Of a stretch of 64,000 bases of DNA, positions 27,170 through 40,501 are shown piece after piece. Position numbers and translations under genes: made by a program. Each line of letters begins with the position of its first letter. Positions within the stretch are counted from its first letter, which is position 1. The stretch lies in assembly GCF_009914755.1 (NCBI RefSeq), contig NC_060929.1. One strand, written 5' to 3'. This DNA is from the human T2T-CHM13v2.0 reference genome, Homo sapiens. Under the pieces are notes generated by a model, which was given only the letters and a program-made list of their open reading frames with translations, ran no database searches and was not told the DNA's origin.

Positions 27170-27415
27170 AGTAATTATAATAATGATTATATTAACAACT
27201 TTTATTGAGTGATTTCTATGGATCAAGGCTGTTTTAAGGGTAATAGTTATACTGCATTGTTTAATCATCACAAAACCATACTAGGATGAGTACAGCTTTC
27301 GTCTCTTTTCAGGTGAATAAACTAAGGCGTAGAGGTATTAAGGATTTGCAGTGTTAAACAGCTAGTACATGCTCTTGAAACGGCAGTGACCTGGCTACAG
27401 AGCCTGACCTCTTGA
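27170..27415 (-). mobile_element. MIR
   Basis: 'tttcaggtgaataaactaaggcgtagaggtattaagg...acagctagta'. Confidence 0.7.
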
Positions 27416-27904
27416 AAGATACTTGTTAAAGCTCCTGATGATGTTGATGTTGTATATGAGTGCAGATTCAAGGAAAATTGTTAACATAAGAAAAATGTTG
27501 CATAAATTATATTTTGTATTTAAAAGTATTTTAAAGTAATATATGTTTGTTATTAAGTTAGTCCATTGAGAGGAAAAAAATTAAGTGACTCCATACATTG
27601 ACTCTAATAGTCTAGTTCTACACCTCAGATCCAATGATTTAAAAAATGAATAAAAAGCTTACTTTGCCTTATATTCAACACAGTTTTTTATAGTTTTGAT
27701 TTTTTGTGTATAATTTTTTGATATATATTATGATTTTTTTTTGATATATGGTTTGCTGTGGTTACACTCTTAGTTTTATTTTTTTGGTGGCCTTCTCTGG
27801 CTGGTTTCCTTACAAATAGCAGAATGTCTGTATTAGTCTCAGATTTTACATCTATACATAACACTGTCCAGAGCTGACTTGTTTTCCACTTTTTACTATT
27901 TCCA

Positions 27905-28125
27905 GCCACTGTACAGAACTCGTGAACTGCTCTCTGATTCACCGATGTAGTTCCCAAGCTCGCTTCAGAAACAATCGCTTCACCCGATAGGATAACACCT
28001 ATTGGGTTGGTTACTCAGCGCTGTGAGGCAGCATAATCGCAGTAGCAAGGGAGGTGCTATCGATAATACTTGGAACTGAGAAATAGGTCGATCCCATCCA
28101 AACTTCCTGGCTTCTTCAAAATGGA
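27905..28125. promoter_or_regulatory. Candidate small non-repeat CpG-retaining regulatory element
   Basis: 9 CpGs in 27921-28090 against a strongly depleted background; ATTGG 28001-28005, ACTTCCTG 28102-28109, CAAAATGG 28117-28124. Confidence 0.35.
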
Positions 28126-28159
28126 GAATATTTTATGTGAAATAATCTTTGCCTTATTC

Positions 28160-28791
28160 CAAGCTTTTCCAGCCTACAGCCTGCGGGCCCCATGCAGACC
28201 AGGACGGCTTTGAATGTGGCCCAAGACAAATTCGTAATTTTTTTTTTTTTTAAGTGTCAGCAGTTATTTATTGTCCTGTTTACAAACTGGCTGTTACGCA
28301 ACTAAATTAATGTTTTTCAGCTTCTTTTTTTTTTTTCGATTACCAAGTTTTAAGTTCAGAGACACATGTGTAGGATGTGCATGTTTGTTACATAGGTAAA
28401 CATGTGCCATAGTGGTTTGCTGGACAGATCATCCCATCGCCAAGGTATTAAGCCCAGCATGCATGAGCTATTCTTCCTGAAACTCTCCCTCATCTCATCC
28501 CCCACCCTCAGACCGGCTCCAGTGTGTGTTGTTCCCCACAATGTGTCCATGTATTCTCATCATTCAGCTCCTACTTATACATGACAACATGTAGTATTTG
28601 GTTTTCTGTTCCTGTGTTAATTTGCTGAGGAAGCCATTATCCAAATTCACAAACTTTCTTAAAATATTACTAGTTTTTTTGAGCTTTTATTTTATTTAAC
28701 TCATCAGCTAGCGTTAGTGTATTTTATGTGTGGCCAAAGACAATTCTTCTTCCAATGTGGCCTAGGGAAGCAAAAAGATTGGACATCCCTA
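28160..28791 (-). mobile_element. MER30 (hAT-Charlie MITE) split by an L1 insertion (28160-28237 and 28642-28791)
   Basis: 'caggacggctttgaatgtggcccaagacaaattcgtaa' resumes as 'caaattcacaaactttcttaaaa...aaaagattggacatccct'; 8-bp TSD-like ccttattc/ccctactc. Confidence 0.92.
28238..28641 (-). mobile_element. 5'-truncated L1PA10-13-like insertion carrying a ~73-bp 3' transduction
   Basis: L1 3' UTR ~28337-28631; poly-T 28325-28336; unique 28252-28324; second poly-T 28238-28251; TSD caaattc(gt/ac)aa. Confidence 0.85.
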
Positions 28792-29419
28792 CCCTACTCT
28801 TTAGATACATCTACTTCCCTCTCACACTGAGAGAGAAGATGATGAAGTGAACCTGATTTTCTTCTTGCTTATGTAGGAGACATATGCAGACATTTGTAGG
28901 ATATTTTATTTGTCCAAAAAATTTTTTATACTCCACGGATATGACTAAATTTCCATTTTAAAAACTTGCCATTCAAGGAAACCACCTTATAATAAAATTA
29001 TGTCTCTATATATTTCTGGAAAGTTTTTGTTCTAATTGTTATTCTCTTGTTACAGAACACATTTCTTCAATGTAGAAACTCCATTTGTCTTTCTCTTCTG
29101 TCTCTATTTCTCTTACATGTTAATATATGCTAATAATCTTCAAATGACTGTTTATTTTCATCCTTTTTCATTTTATTGGTTTGACCTTTTAAAAAGCTTT
29201 GTGGTTACTGTGGACTTTTCAAAATAATGTCAACCTCCTAGGTCTTCAATTTATCGTAGTCTTATGTAAAATACTATGACAACTGAACAATTCCACAGTT
29301 ACCTATTCATGGTCTTAAAAATGGTATTGAGCATTCATAATTAGATACATAGTTTATGTTTTCATGTTGATGTGTATATTTTCATATGCAGTTAGATATG
29401 AAACAAATGACTCCTTTTA

Positions 29420-29746
29420 CAGTTTAATAACAAGCATACATTCTGAGAAATGTGTTGCTGGGTGATTTTGGTCCTTGTGTGGACATTATAGAGTGCACTT
29501 AGACAAGCATAGATGGTATAGCCTGCTACGCACCTAGGCTGTGGGGTATATAGCCTATTGCTCCTAGGCTACAAACCTCTACATATGTTATTGTACTGAA
29601 TATTGCAGGCAATTGTAATGGTAAGCATTGTATATCTAAACATATCAGAAAAGGTACAGTAAAAATACAGTATTATGACCTTATGGGATCTCCATTGTAT
29701 ACATGGTCCATCTTTGAACAAAACACCATTTGGTGGCATGTGACTG
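29420..29746. mobile_element. Tigger3a/MER7A MITE
   Basis: 'ttctgagaaatgtgt...tagcctattgctcctaggctacaaacct...gcatgtgactg'; TA at both ends. Confidence 0.9.
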
Positions 29747-31989
29747 TACATAGGCATTCGTATGCATGCCAATTCATTAAACTTTATATGTATATAATTA
29801 TTTAATGTTTAAGAGTTTGCTCCTTTAAATATTTTGTTATTCTAATAAATGGATGTTTTCTTATACAAGCAGTTTTACGTTTAAAAATGAAATAATCATC
29901 ACAAGTAAAAGTTTGAGAGATTTGCAAACAAGAATGTCAACAATCGCTCTACCAATTGTCTAGTTAAACATGATTTATGAGAAAGATGTTCCTCAGATGA
30001 ATAAAGGGAAGAGAAGAACTCAAGTAATAGAAACCATAAAACTCTGTGTGGAATCCATTAGGGCTTGAAGCCTCTTTAGTAGCTGGGAAAATGAAGCAGA
30101 TGTTTTAATGAACAGGAGACAATAAAGAGAATGAAAAAGCACAGCTGCATCTGTATCACTTTTTCTGACCTGGTATTTTTGAGAAAATTAAGTCAATTTT
30201 TATTTTCCATTTGGTTTATTTATGTTCTCTGTAATTGTGTCACTGAATTCAAATTTGTAAATGATAAATGTGTTACTTAGGTGTCAGTCTGAAATGGATG
30301 TGATAATTTAGATTATCTGCCTTAATTGATTAACCAAACATACAAAGCAGGCAAAAATGAGTGTTAAAATGACAATTTTCTTGCTAATAAAGATAATGTA
30401 ATCACTGAAGCTAGATATTTCTGGGAAACAATAAAATCTTTTTCTTCCTAAAAGAAAGGTCGTTAAACTTGAATTATTTAAATTACTGCATTTTTGCCTT
30501 CTGGATGTAATCTATGACATAAAATGTTCCTTCCAATGAGAGCCCTCTTAGTTGTCAAATGTGTGCCTAATTATTCCTTTTAAAATTTCTTGTGAGATAT
30601 TATATTGAATTCAAAACAAAGGAATATAAATTGGTTGCTTTTATGTAAACTTCTTGCCATTACAATAGTACCAAAATTGTATTATATTAATACACCAATG
30701 GGGTCAGGGACAGCACCTCTTAATCATAGATGCTAATACTTTCAAAAGATATGAGTTATATGAATATTTAAATAACAAATATTTTATAAATATTTAAGCA
30801 AGTTAAAAAAATCAATAAACACATCAGGGTATGTCTGGTTTTATCATTATGTCTGGTTTTTGTCATTAGATGGAAAAACATTTTGGTTATTAGAGATTTT
30901 TGGATACTGAAATTGGAAATGAAGAATTTAGGGTCTGTATTACAGTGCACACTAATTTTTCTATGCTTAGACATTTCCTTTGCCTTGGTGAGCTGATGTA
31001 TGTAAATTTTCCTGGGTCTCAGACATTTGACTATACCTATGTGTGATGATCAAGGTGAAATTTGGGCTATTCCAAGATATTACCAAAATGTAAGAAATAT
31101 CATTAAGCCATTTTGAAAATGTGAAAAATATTATGGGATAGAAAAAATATTCTTTATTATGTTAGTGAAAGCCAAACCCAGGCTTCATCAGATACATCTA
31201 CATTTATTTTTACTTCTATTATCTCATAACTACTAAATGTCTTAGCTGGAGTTCTTTTCCTATATTTTCAATTATTTTATTGGAGTCGATGGCATTATCT
31301 TTCTTCTCTGCATGATTACATGTTTCTGTGTGCACATCTATAGAGCTTGCTCTCAAATGTTTCTGTAAATTGAATAAAGTGTTTTCCTTCTTTTTGTCCA
31401 TGACATAGTCTCATATCATTTCAGATATGAGGCGGTCTGATTTGAAAATTACTTCTATTATTTTTCTGCCTGGCTTTTTCTCAGAGGAGTGAAACATCCC
31501 AGCACTGTCATTTATGTAAATAAATCAAAATAGAAAAGAAACCCATGTCCTATAGGTTAATCTCAGTATTTTCACTCAGGATAGCAAAGGGTAGAACAAA
31601 AATACATCATCGTCACTGACCGCAGGAGACAATATACCTGAAGCAAAAATTTTTGATTAGGGAATTCAGGAGAAGGCGTGGAAAGGTAAAAGAAGTCATC
31701 CAGACATTCCACTTCTTTCCAGCTATGCTAGGAAATGGACTAGCACATTCCACAAAGAAAAGAGATTATAGAACTGTAGAGGATTGAGGATTGAACCAAT
31801 ATCCTTGAAGAGATTATGGGCCTCAGAAGTGTCAGACCTTTTATTTCTTTTAGCAGATTCGCAGAGCTTTATAACCCTGCAGACCAGAAAGCTGCTCTTG
31901 TACTTGCTTTCAGGCTAGAGAATCTTCTAAGCACATATGACCAAATCTGCATCTTTTGAATGTCCTTGGGTTATGTCTGAAGCAGTGAT

Positions 31990-32190
31990 GATAATAGCTG
32001 GCACCCTTTTCTTTCAAGGTTCACTATAACTGCGTATTCTCGTTTTATGGATGAGAAAACATAAGTCTAGAGAAATTAAGTTACTTGTCAAAGATCATAC
32101 AAACTTTTAAATGTTGGACTTGTAAATTCTAAACTTTTAGGATAGTGGAGAACTTGAAGCTAAGTTCTCTAATGCCAATTAGTCAACTCT
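31990..32190 (-). mobile_element. MIR
   Basis: 'ttttatggatgagaaaacataagtctagagaaattaagttacttgtcaaagatcatac'. Confidence 0.7.
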
Positions 32191-32346
32191 TTCTTTGTAA
32201 TTCTATGTGTACCTCCAAAGGTACATTTCAGTGAATGGAGTATTTTATTACCTCAGAATAACTATTCTTCCATTAACTGTGGATTTTTAGTTGTTTAGAT
32301 GTGGCAAGTGCCTTAAAGATTATTTTACCCTACCTCTGCTGAAAAT

Positions 32347-32347
32347 G

Positions 32348-32414
<67 letters not shown>

Positions 32415-32545
32415 AAAAGAAAAAGAAGGAAGGAAGGAAGGAAGGAAAGAAGGGAGGGAGTGAGTGAGGGAGGGAGGGAGGGAAAGGAGAGAAGGGAGGG
32501 AAGGAAGGAAATGAAGGATAGAAGGAAAGAAGGAAAGAAGGAAAA
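32347..32545. repeat. Polypurine compound microsatellite (GAAA)17-(GGAA)5-(GGGA)n
   Basis: GAAA x17 at 32349-32416; GGAA x5 at 32428-32447. Confidence 0.97.
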
Positions 32546-33912
32546 TTAAATGGCACGACTGCAATTATGCACCTAAACCAAAACGACTGAGGAAGATATT
32601 CTGTGCCCAGTTCTAGGAACCATACAGGGGGCTGTACTTTCTTACCATTACATGTATTAATAAATTATCCTTAAATCTCAGCCTTAAAGGAATATCTTTT
32701 AAACTGAAAAATTTTGAATCCTGCCGCAAACTGGAATGAAATAAATGGACTGTCAGTCTTAAGATCTCTATTTCACTTGTAGGAGATGGGCTGGCACTGT
32801 ACAATAAAATGGGAGAGAGCAAACAAAAAGAGGTAATTTCACTGTATCACTAAGGGGAAAGTGATTTGTGTGAACCTCAAAGTAAGAGTAAACCATATTT
32901 GAAAATTGCTTAAAAAATTTAAACTTTTTATTGTTACCAACTTTGAATCAAATCCTGCGTTAGAAAAACAGTAGGTGTAACTGAATTGCTTCTAAATTTT
33001 CAGTGATTCCTTTTCGAGATGAGGCATTAGAATAATTTTATTATAATTAAAAAATATTTTGTTTTGTCTATTACTTGAGACAATTGAACAGATTGTGTGA
33101 AATAAAATAGTTTTTGCTATTGAAATGTTGAGATGCTCAGGAATTTGCTAGGCTTTCTATAGGTACAACTTTGATATCTATTTTTAAAGTTTAAAAAATA
33201 TGTCCTAAAATAAAAAGACTTGAAGTCCATGATTCTTCTATTAGACAATAAGGAAATTTATCAGGTGAAAGGTTTTAAATAAATAGTAAGTGTTGTGAGA
33301 AATTTTTATAAAATAGATTATCAAATTATATTAAATCTCATAAGTGGAATAAAGTTTAAAATATGAAAAAAATTTGTTTTAAAATTTAAACATAATCCCA
33401 CAATGTTGACGATGACTACTAAATAACTGGGGTTTTACTTACATTTATTTTTTCATTTAGATTCATAGTTGTATGTCATTGTGTTAGGTTGGATGCTGAA
33501 AATTTAGAATCTCCTTCTTGAAAATGTAATTGCCTTTAAAAAAGATGAAATTTAGTAAATTTTATACTTGATATAGAATCTACTATTTCTTAAAAGTCAT
33601 ATTTGTTAAGATAGCTACTATTTCAGGATAAGACACAGAGAAACTGAAGTGCTCTCTTCCACCTACATTTGAGCTCTGCATACTTTCCTGTATCTCCAAG
33701 GTTTGAACTTGAAGCAAGTGGTTGACTTTCCATCCTCTTTGTCACCTGTGGCTTCGGCTGAATCATTGGCTTCATGAGTTGTCTTGCTATTCCAAATAGT
33801 TTGCTACTATTTTAGACCACATTGTCCAAGATGTGAGACCTGGTATATTCTATTTGATTTACATACCAACAACAAAATAAGCAAATAAAAGCTAAAACAA
33901 AACCAATTTATA

Positions 33913-34568
33913 CATATTGAGTATCTTTTATCTGAAATGCTTGGAACAGAAATATTTCAGATTTTTGATTTGTTTGGATTTTGGAATATTTGCATATACA
34001 TAATGAGATATTGGAGACAGTACACAAAATTCATTCTAATCACAAAAGTCTAATCACAAAATTCATTCATTTTATATGTACCTCATACACATAGCCTGAA
34101 GGTAATTTTATACAGAAATTGAAATAACTTAGTTATTAAACAAAGCTTGTGTATAGCAAACCATCAGAAAGTCAAGCTGTCACTGTCTCAGCCACTCATG
34201 TGGACAGTCTGTGACTGTTTGGCATCATCATCATTCCCAACTCTGAATTTATATGCTCCTGATAAGCAATCATTATGCTGATTCACACATAAGTACATAA
34301 CAGTAGAAAATATAACTTGTCATTAATATAGTGAAAAAATAATGTATCCAGCATAACTAAGCAGCACAGTAGCCTGTCATTTCTATCTTGTTTTGAGTGA
34401 CATTACATGGGACAAACAGCATCTTGTGCTCCTGTTTTCCTTCTTTTGCCAGGAGACATCCCAGTACCTAATGGAAATTGCCATTTGTGGAGCAAAATGG
34501 CACTCAAAATGTTTTGGATTTGGGAGCACTTCAGATTTCAAACTTTCAAATTAGAGATGATCAATCTG
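33913..34568 (+). mobile_element. Tigger4 (Zombi) internal-deletion derivative with both ends
   Basis: 'ta|catattgagtatcttttatctgaaatgcttgg' ... 'ttagagatgatcaatctg|ta'. Confidence 0.85.
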
Positions 34569-35277
34569 TATAATTGATTTTATTATGGGTCTGGAAAAAA
34601 ACCAATATGGTTGTTTCCACAAGAATACCAAAAACTACAATTTATTAAATCTTAAAAATGTAGTTTTGAAAGCTCATTGGCCACTGTTCTCCACAAGTTC
34701 TTGGACACCAGCATGTTTGCTGGTTTTATCCACAGGGTCCCATCCTTGCTTTCTCGTGTGCTTTTCTCCACCACCAAATATATATACATTTAACACTACC
34801 TGTTTCCTTTCTGTCTGCTTCCAACATCTTTTTGAGCCTCATCTCTACTTTAAAGGATTTTTCTCAATATATTCTGGGAAAAGAAATCCTTCCCAAATGG
34901 AACTATGTGCTAGCTAATTTAATAATTTTTCAACAAGCTACTCTTTTTCTCTAGTAAAATTTTGTGAACCCCGCAAATGTCGTCTCTAAATTTGCTTCCC
35001 AAATATGATGTAATGATGAAAAAATACATTCATTATGTAGTTAAAACTTTCCGATGTTCTCCCCAACTAGTTTCCTTGAAGTGGTTGATGCTTCAAGGAA
35101 ATATCATGTATGTCAAATAATCATGAACAATGAAGATGGTATATTTTCTATGTGGCACAGAGACAATGTAAGCAAATAAAAGGGAAATGTTTTCTACTCC
35201 CCTATGTTCTGTTTCGTTCTGTTATCTTTTTCCTAGGCGTTTGCTTTCTAAGTCTGTGAAGTCTTCTTCAGGTGGAG

Positions 35278-35637
35278 TTCCTAGCGCAAGGGATCCTGAA
35301 TATGGAATAAGTTCTGAGGTAAATGGATAATGGGAACTGCTCTGTTCCAGGACATTCATCTCTGCATTTTCACCTCTTACTCATATATTTACACATCCTC
35401 TACCTCTCAGTTGGGGGTGCATTCTGTTGAGGTATATAGATACATGGAATGATATGCATTCTTTCCCTTAAGATGTTATTCCTCACGCTAAATCTTAACC
35501 CTGGGACACTCTTCTCTAGGACTGGGTTCACTGTGCCAGGCAAAATTTCTATGCATCCGCGAGGGTCACTGGTGGACAGAGGGTAATTGGAGGATAAACA
35601 GTAGTTATTGCCACAGTATCTTCAGGGAAAAATGGAA
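35278..35637 (+). repeat. Local direct duplication, copy 1
   Basis: Colinear with 36695-37199, about 85-90% identity by eye. Confidence 0.92.
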
Positions 35638-35849
35638 ATAAAGTTGAATTCTTAGGTTGTGTATGTGGGCCTGGTTTTACATGCAAGTATTAGGAAATTA
35701 GATTATTACTCTGACTTGTACCCTTTAACCTAGGCCCTCAGGCAAACGTTTGTGCTTTCTTTGAAGTAGTTCTTAAACTTTTCAATTCTGTTCCTCAGCA
35801 CTTCTAGACACACTTTAGCTTCTGCTTGACCAGGACCAAATTTTCAAAA

Positions 35850-36387
35850 CAGTGAATTTTATTGGATCTAAGATGCCACCTATAATATGTGCACCATTAT
35901 TATATCTAGCACAGAAAGTGGAAGAAAAAAGCTCTATCAATTTAACTATGACCAAATATTTTATATCACTTGCAGCTTTTATTTTATTCTTATTGAAATA
36001 ACACTTTTCTTATATGTCACTCTTGTTCAACCCTAAAAAAATGAAATGTAAGTGAAAAAATTAGTTAAATAATTCTAAAACTAAAACTTTACATTCAGAA
36101 TTCAAATTTTTGAACAGGAATCATCAGTGTCTTTTTTTTTTTTTCCACATATACTCATCCTCTGTGGCTTCATGAGCATTGGTGATCCAGCATTCCTTAA
36201 AACAATTCTGCACTGTTTTCTCTAGGATTATTATCTAAGCAGCTGACATCTGTTCTATAATATTAAATATTTGATTCACAGGGGAAGGCAATGACGACTA
36301 CATCACATCTGCTTTTGAATGGCAACAATCATAAGTTATTGAAATTCAGGCACATTGAAATCTGAAAAAATGCACCCATGAAATACG
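35850..36387 (-). mobile_element. Kanga-type (TcMar-Tc2) element with transposase C-terminal remnant
   Basis: End 'attggatctaagatgccac...tgcaccattat'; minus 36249-36145 reads MSAA*IIILEKTVQNCFKECWITNAHEATEDEYMW, like the pogo/Tc2 tail 'AW..I...V..FKKC.I.N...EDD..W'. Confidence 0.7.
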
Positions 36388-36694
36388 TAGATGTGTTTTA
36401 GCTGGAAATTTCAGGTTCTCTGTCACTATAATTAAATGATGGGAAATTCTGTTTCTTTCTGTCTAGGCTTCAGCTCCACAAGCACTCCTGATCCACCGTT
36501 AGTATATTTCCAGTGGTCAATGGGAAAATTCCACATGTCACTGAGTCCTCGGTGGCACAAGGGTACATTTTGTCCAGAAAATCTTTCTTTCCTGCCACCA
36601 TAACAAAAAGATGAGCATTTGTGTTTCTTCCAGTTGTGCCTCAACAAGAACTTCTTTCCCAAGGCTGGGAAAATTTTTAGAAAACAATGCTTTT

Positions 36695-37199
36695 TTCCTA
36701 GCACAAGGGATCCTGAATATGGAATAAGTTCTGAGGTAAATGGATGACAGGGGACTGTTTCATTCATCTCTGCATTTTCACTTCTTAATCATATATTTAC
36801 ACATTCTCTATTTTCCAGTCTGGGGTGCATTCTGTTGAGGTATATAAATACAATTCCATGTATCTATGTAGTATATAGATATTATATAGACACTTCTGTT
36901 GAGGTATATAGATACCATTCCATGTACCTATGTAGTATATAGATACTACATAAATACATGGAATGGATATAGATACATAGAATGGTATCCATATACCTTA
37001 ACAGAATGGAATAGTGTGGATGCTTCCCCATAGGATATTACTCCTTATGCTAAATCTAAACTCTAGGGCACTCTTCTCTAGGGCTGGGTTCACTGTGCCA
37101 GTCAAAATTTCTATGCATCAGAAAGAGTCACTGGTAGAAAAAAGGTAATTGGAGAATAAACAGCTGTTATTACCACAATATCTTCAGGGAAAAATGGAA
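36695..37199 (+). repeat. Local direct duplication, copy 2, with an internal ~160-bp direct/inverted expansion
   Basis: Matches 35278-35637; extra sequence at ~36852-37008 is built from the adjacent 'ttctgttgaggtatatagatac' motif. Confidence 0.92.
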
Positions 37200-38221
37200 G
37201 GGGGGCAATTATGTTCACAATAACTCTGATTCCCAAAGTTTGTAGCCCCAAAAGTAAAACACACCCCCTTTCTCTTGATTTCCTCAAAGGAGACCCACAG
37301 AGCATTTGTGTGTATGCAGCAAACTCTACTGGATTTGAGAAGAAGGAGGAAAAACAGCAAAATGTAACAAATAACTTACATTGAACATTCTTGATTTTGA
37401 TCCTCAGCAGCATTTTCTTGGAGACAGGCCCTGCTCTACTTCTAAGATGCTTGACTTTCTCTCATTCTGCCCTCCACAAAGTCCTCTCCTCTTCCTCCTC
37501 TGCTCTCTTGCACATTCTAATTCAAATTTCTTTCTTTCCTAGAGAACTTTCTCTGTTTCTTCAAATCATATATTTATCATTAAAGCACAAAAATGCTTCT
37601 CAGTGTCTTTTCCTGTAAAAATACCCAGAATTACAGTTATGCCCCATTGCTTCAAAGGGCTTTTTTCATGGAAGTAGAAGATATTCAAATAAAGTTGCCA
37701 TAGCCACATGTGCCACGGCAGTTCCATGGCCTGTGCAGTTCTAAAAGGCTTCATGAAAGGTGTAGGCTTGAACTAAAAGTTTAAAAACAGAGAAAAGTAA
37801 AATGAGTCAGGTAGAAATTCTGGGCAGGAAGTCAGAAGAAGTAACAGAAATGTGAGAATTGTGCAATTATTTCGGAAAATTAGCTCTCTATAATTAGTTC
37901 TGATCAGTCAGAGACTTTAGCACGAGCTCTTCCACTTCACTCTAGCATTCTTGCTTCTGCCATCAATCCTTAATGATAAAGCAGATGGTCAATAAATCAA
38001 TTCATAGGTCAGTCTGCATCAGAGGCCTTGTTTTTCAGCTCTGATTTCCTAAACTCCATGTATGTTTTCACAGCTTTGGGGTTGATTATATGAATATGTG
38101 ATAATTTTATTCATTTTAAAATTTTCAGCTGACTCTGTGGTCATTCTTACCAGTGAAATACTATATTTAAAATAATTTAAATGATCTAATACTTGAAAAG
38201 CGGTCATTTGGAGAAAGAGAA

Positions 38222-38253
<32 letters not shown>

Positions 38254-38262
38254 TGTGTGTGT
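38222..38262. repeat. (TG)n microsatellite, ~20 units, one interruption
   Basis: Seen directly. Confidence 0.97.
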
Positions 38263-39217
38263 AATTTAAGGGAGCAATAAATAACAGTACGAGAGAAATT
38301 CTGGAAGAGAGGGTGGAAAGGAAGAATCTCAATGCATGCACTTGGAGAGATTGAATGTAGAACAAAATTAAAGGGCACTTTAAGAAGAGGGGAAAATAAG
38401 ATTTGGGATATAGAAGTTGTTCCGAAGAAAAGAAATTGAAAGAGCAGTAAAAATAAAATTTTTCATTTTACTATTTTGTTTAGGTCTCTCGTGAGAAGTA
38501 CAAGTATTTGTATGCATTTGAATTTCATAACATTACTCTTGCTTATTATAAGGAAAATCATGTGATAGTGGAGCGCATGCTTATAATTTTCTGTTGCTTG
38601 TGTGGTGGGAAGCACACAAATTTCTTCTCTGGTGGAATGAAATCAAGCATGTTTCTGCAAAAGATTTCTGGCTCCCCTGAGCTTTCTGTTCAGGGACCAC
38701 TGTTTGGGAGAATTTCATACTAATATGTTCCCAAATCCCAGACTCTTTCTTTAAGAAATGCTTTCGTTTCATTGGTATGTGATATCTGCTTGATATATAG
38801 TTGGTGTGTAATAAATATATTTTAAATGCATGAATGATTGAATAAATGCTTGAATATAAAGCAAGTTCATCCTGAAGAAGGAAAAAAGGAGGCATTTTTT
38901 TTTTCCCTATCAAGCTCTCTAGACTTCTTACAATGGTCAAAACCAGATTTCTAATCTGTGAAGCTACTATATGACCTATAAGTTTAGAAAATCATTCTAG
39001 ACTTAAATGAAAACTGATGATATGACTTTCCCCATAAGTTCCTTTTACATATGAGGATCTCTTCCATTTTTATAGAATATCAACAACAATAATAGCCATG
39101 ATAATAATAATAGTATTAGTTATAATACTAATAGTATAAGATGATAAGAGTATAAGATAATAATAGTATTAGTTATGGCTAATATTTTCATGCTACTGAT
39201 TTTAGAGATTTTTAAAA

Positions 39218-40501
<1,284 letters not shown>

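Noticed and set aside
32320-32564. F/L/S/P-rich ORFs
   Set aside because: Translations of the GAAA/GGAA microsatellite.
32646-32730. Minus-strand 85-nt exon-like unit with one open frame (LRQDSKFFSLKDIPLRLRFKDNLLIHVM)
   Set aside because: No recognisable homology; isolated splice-site pairs like this are common by chance.
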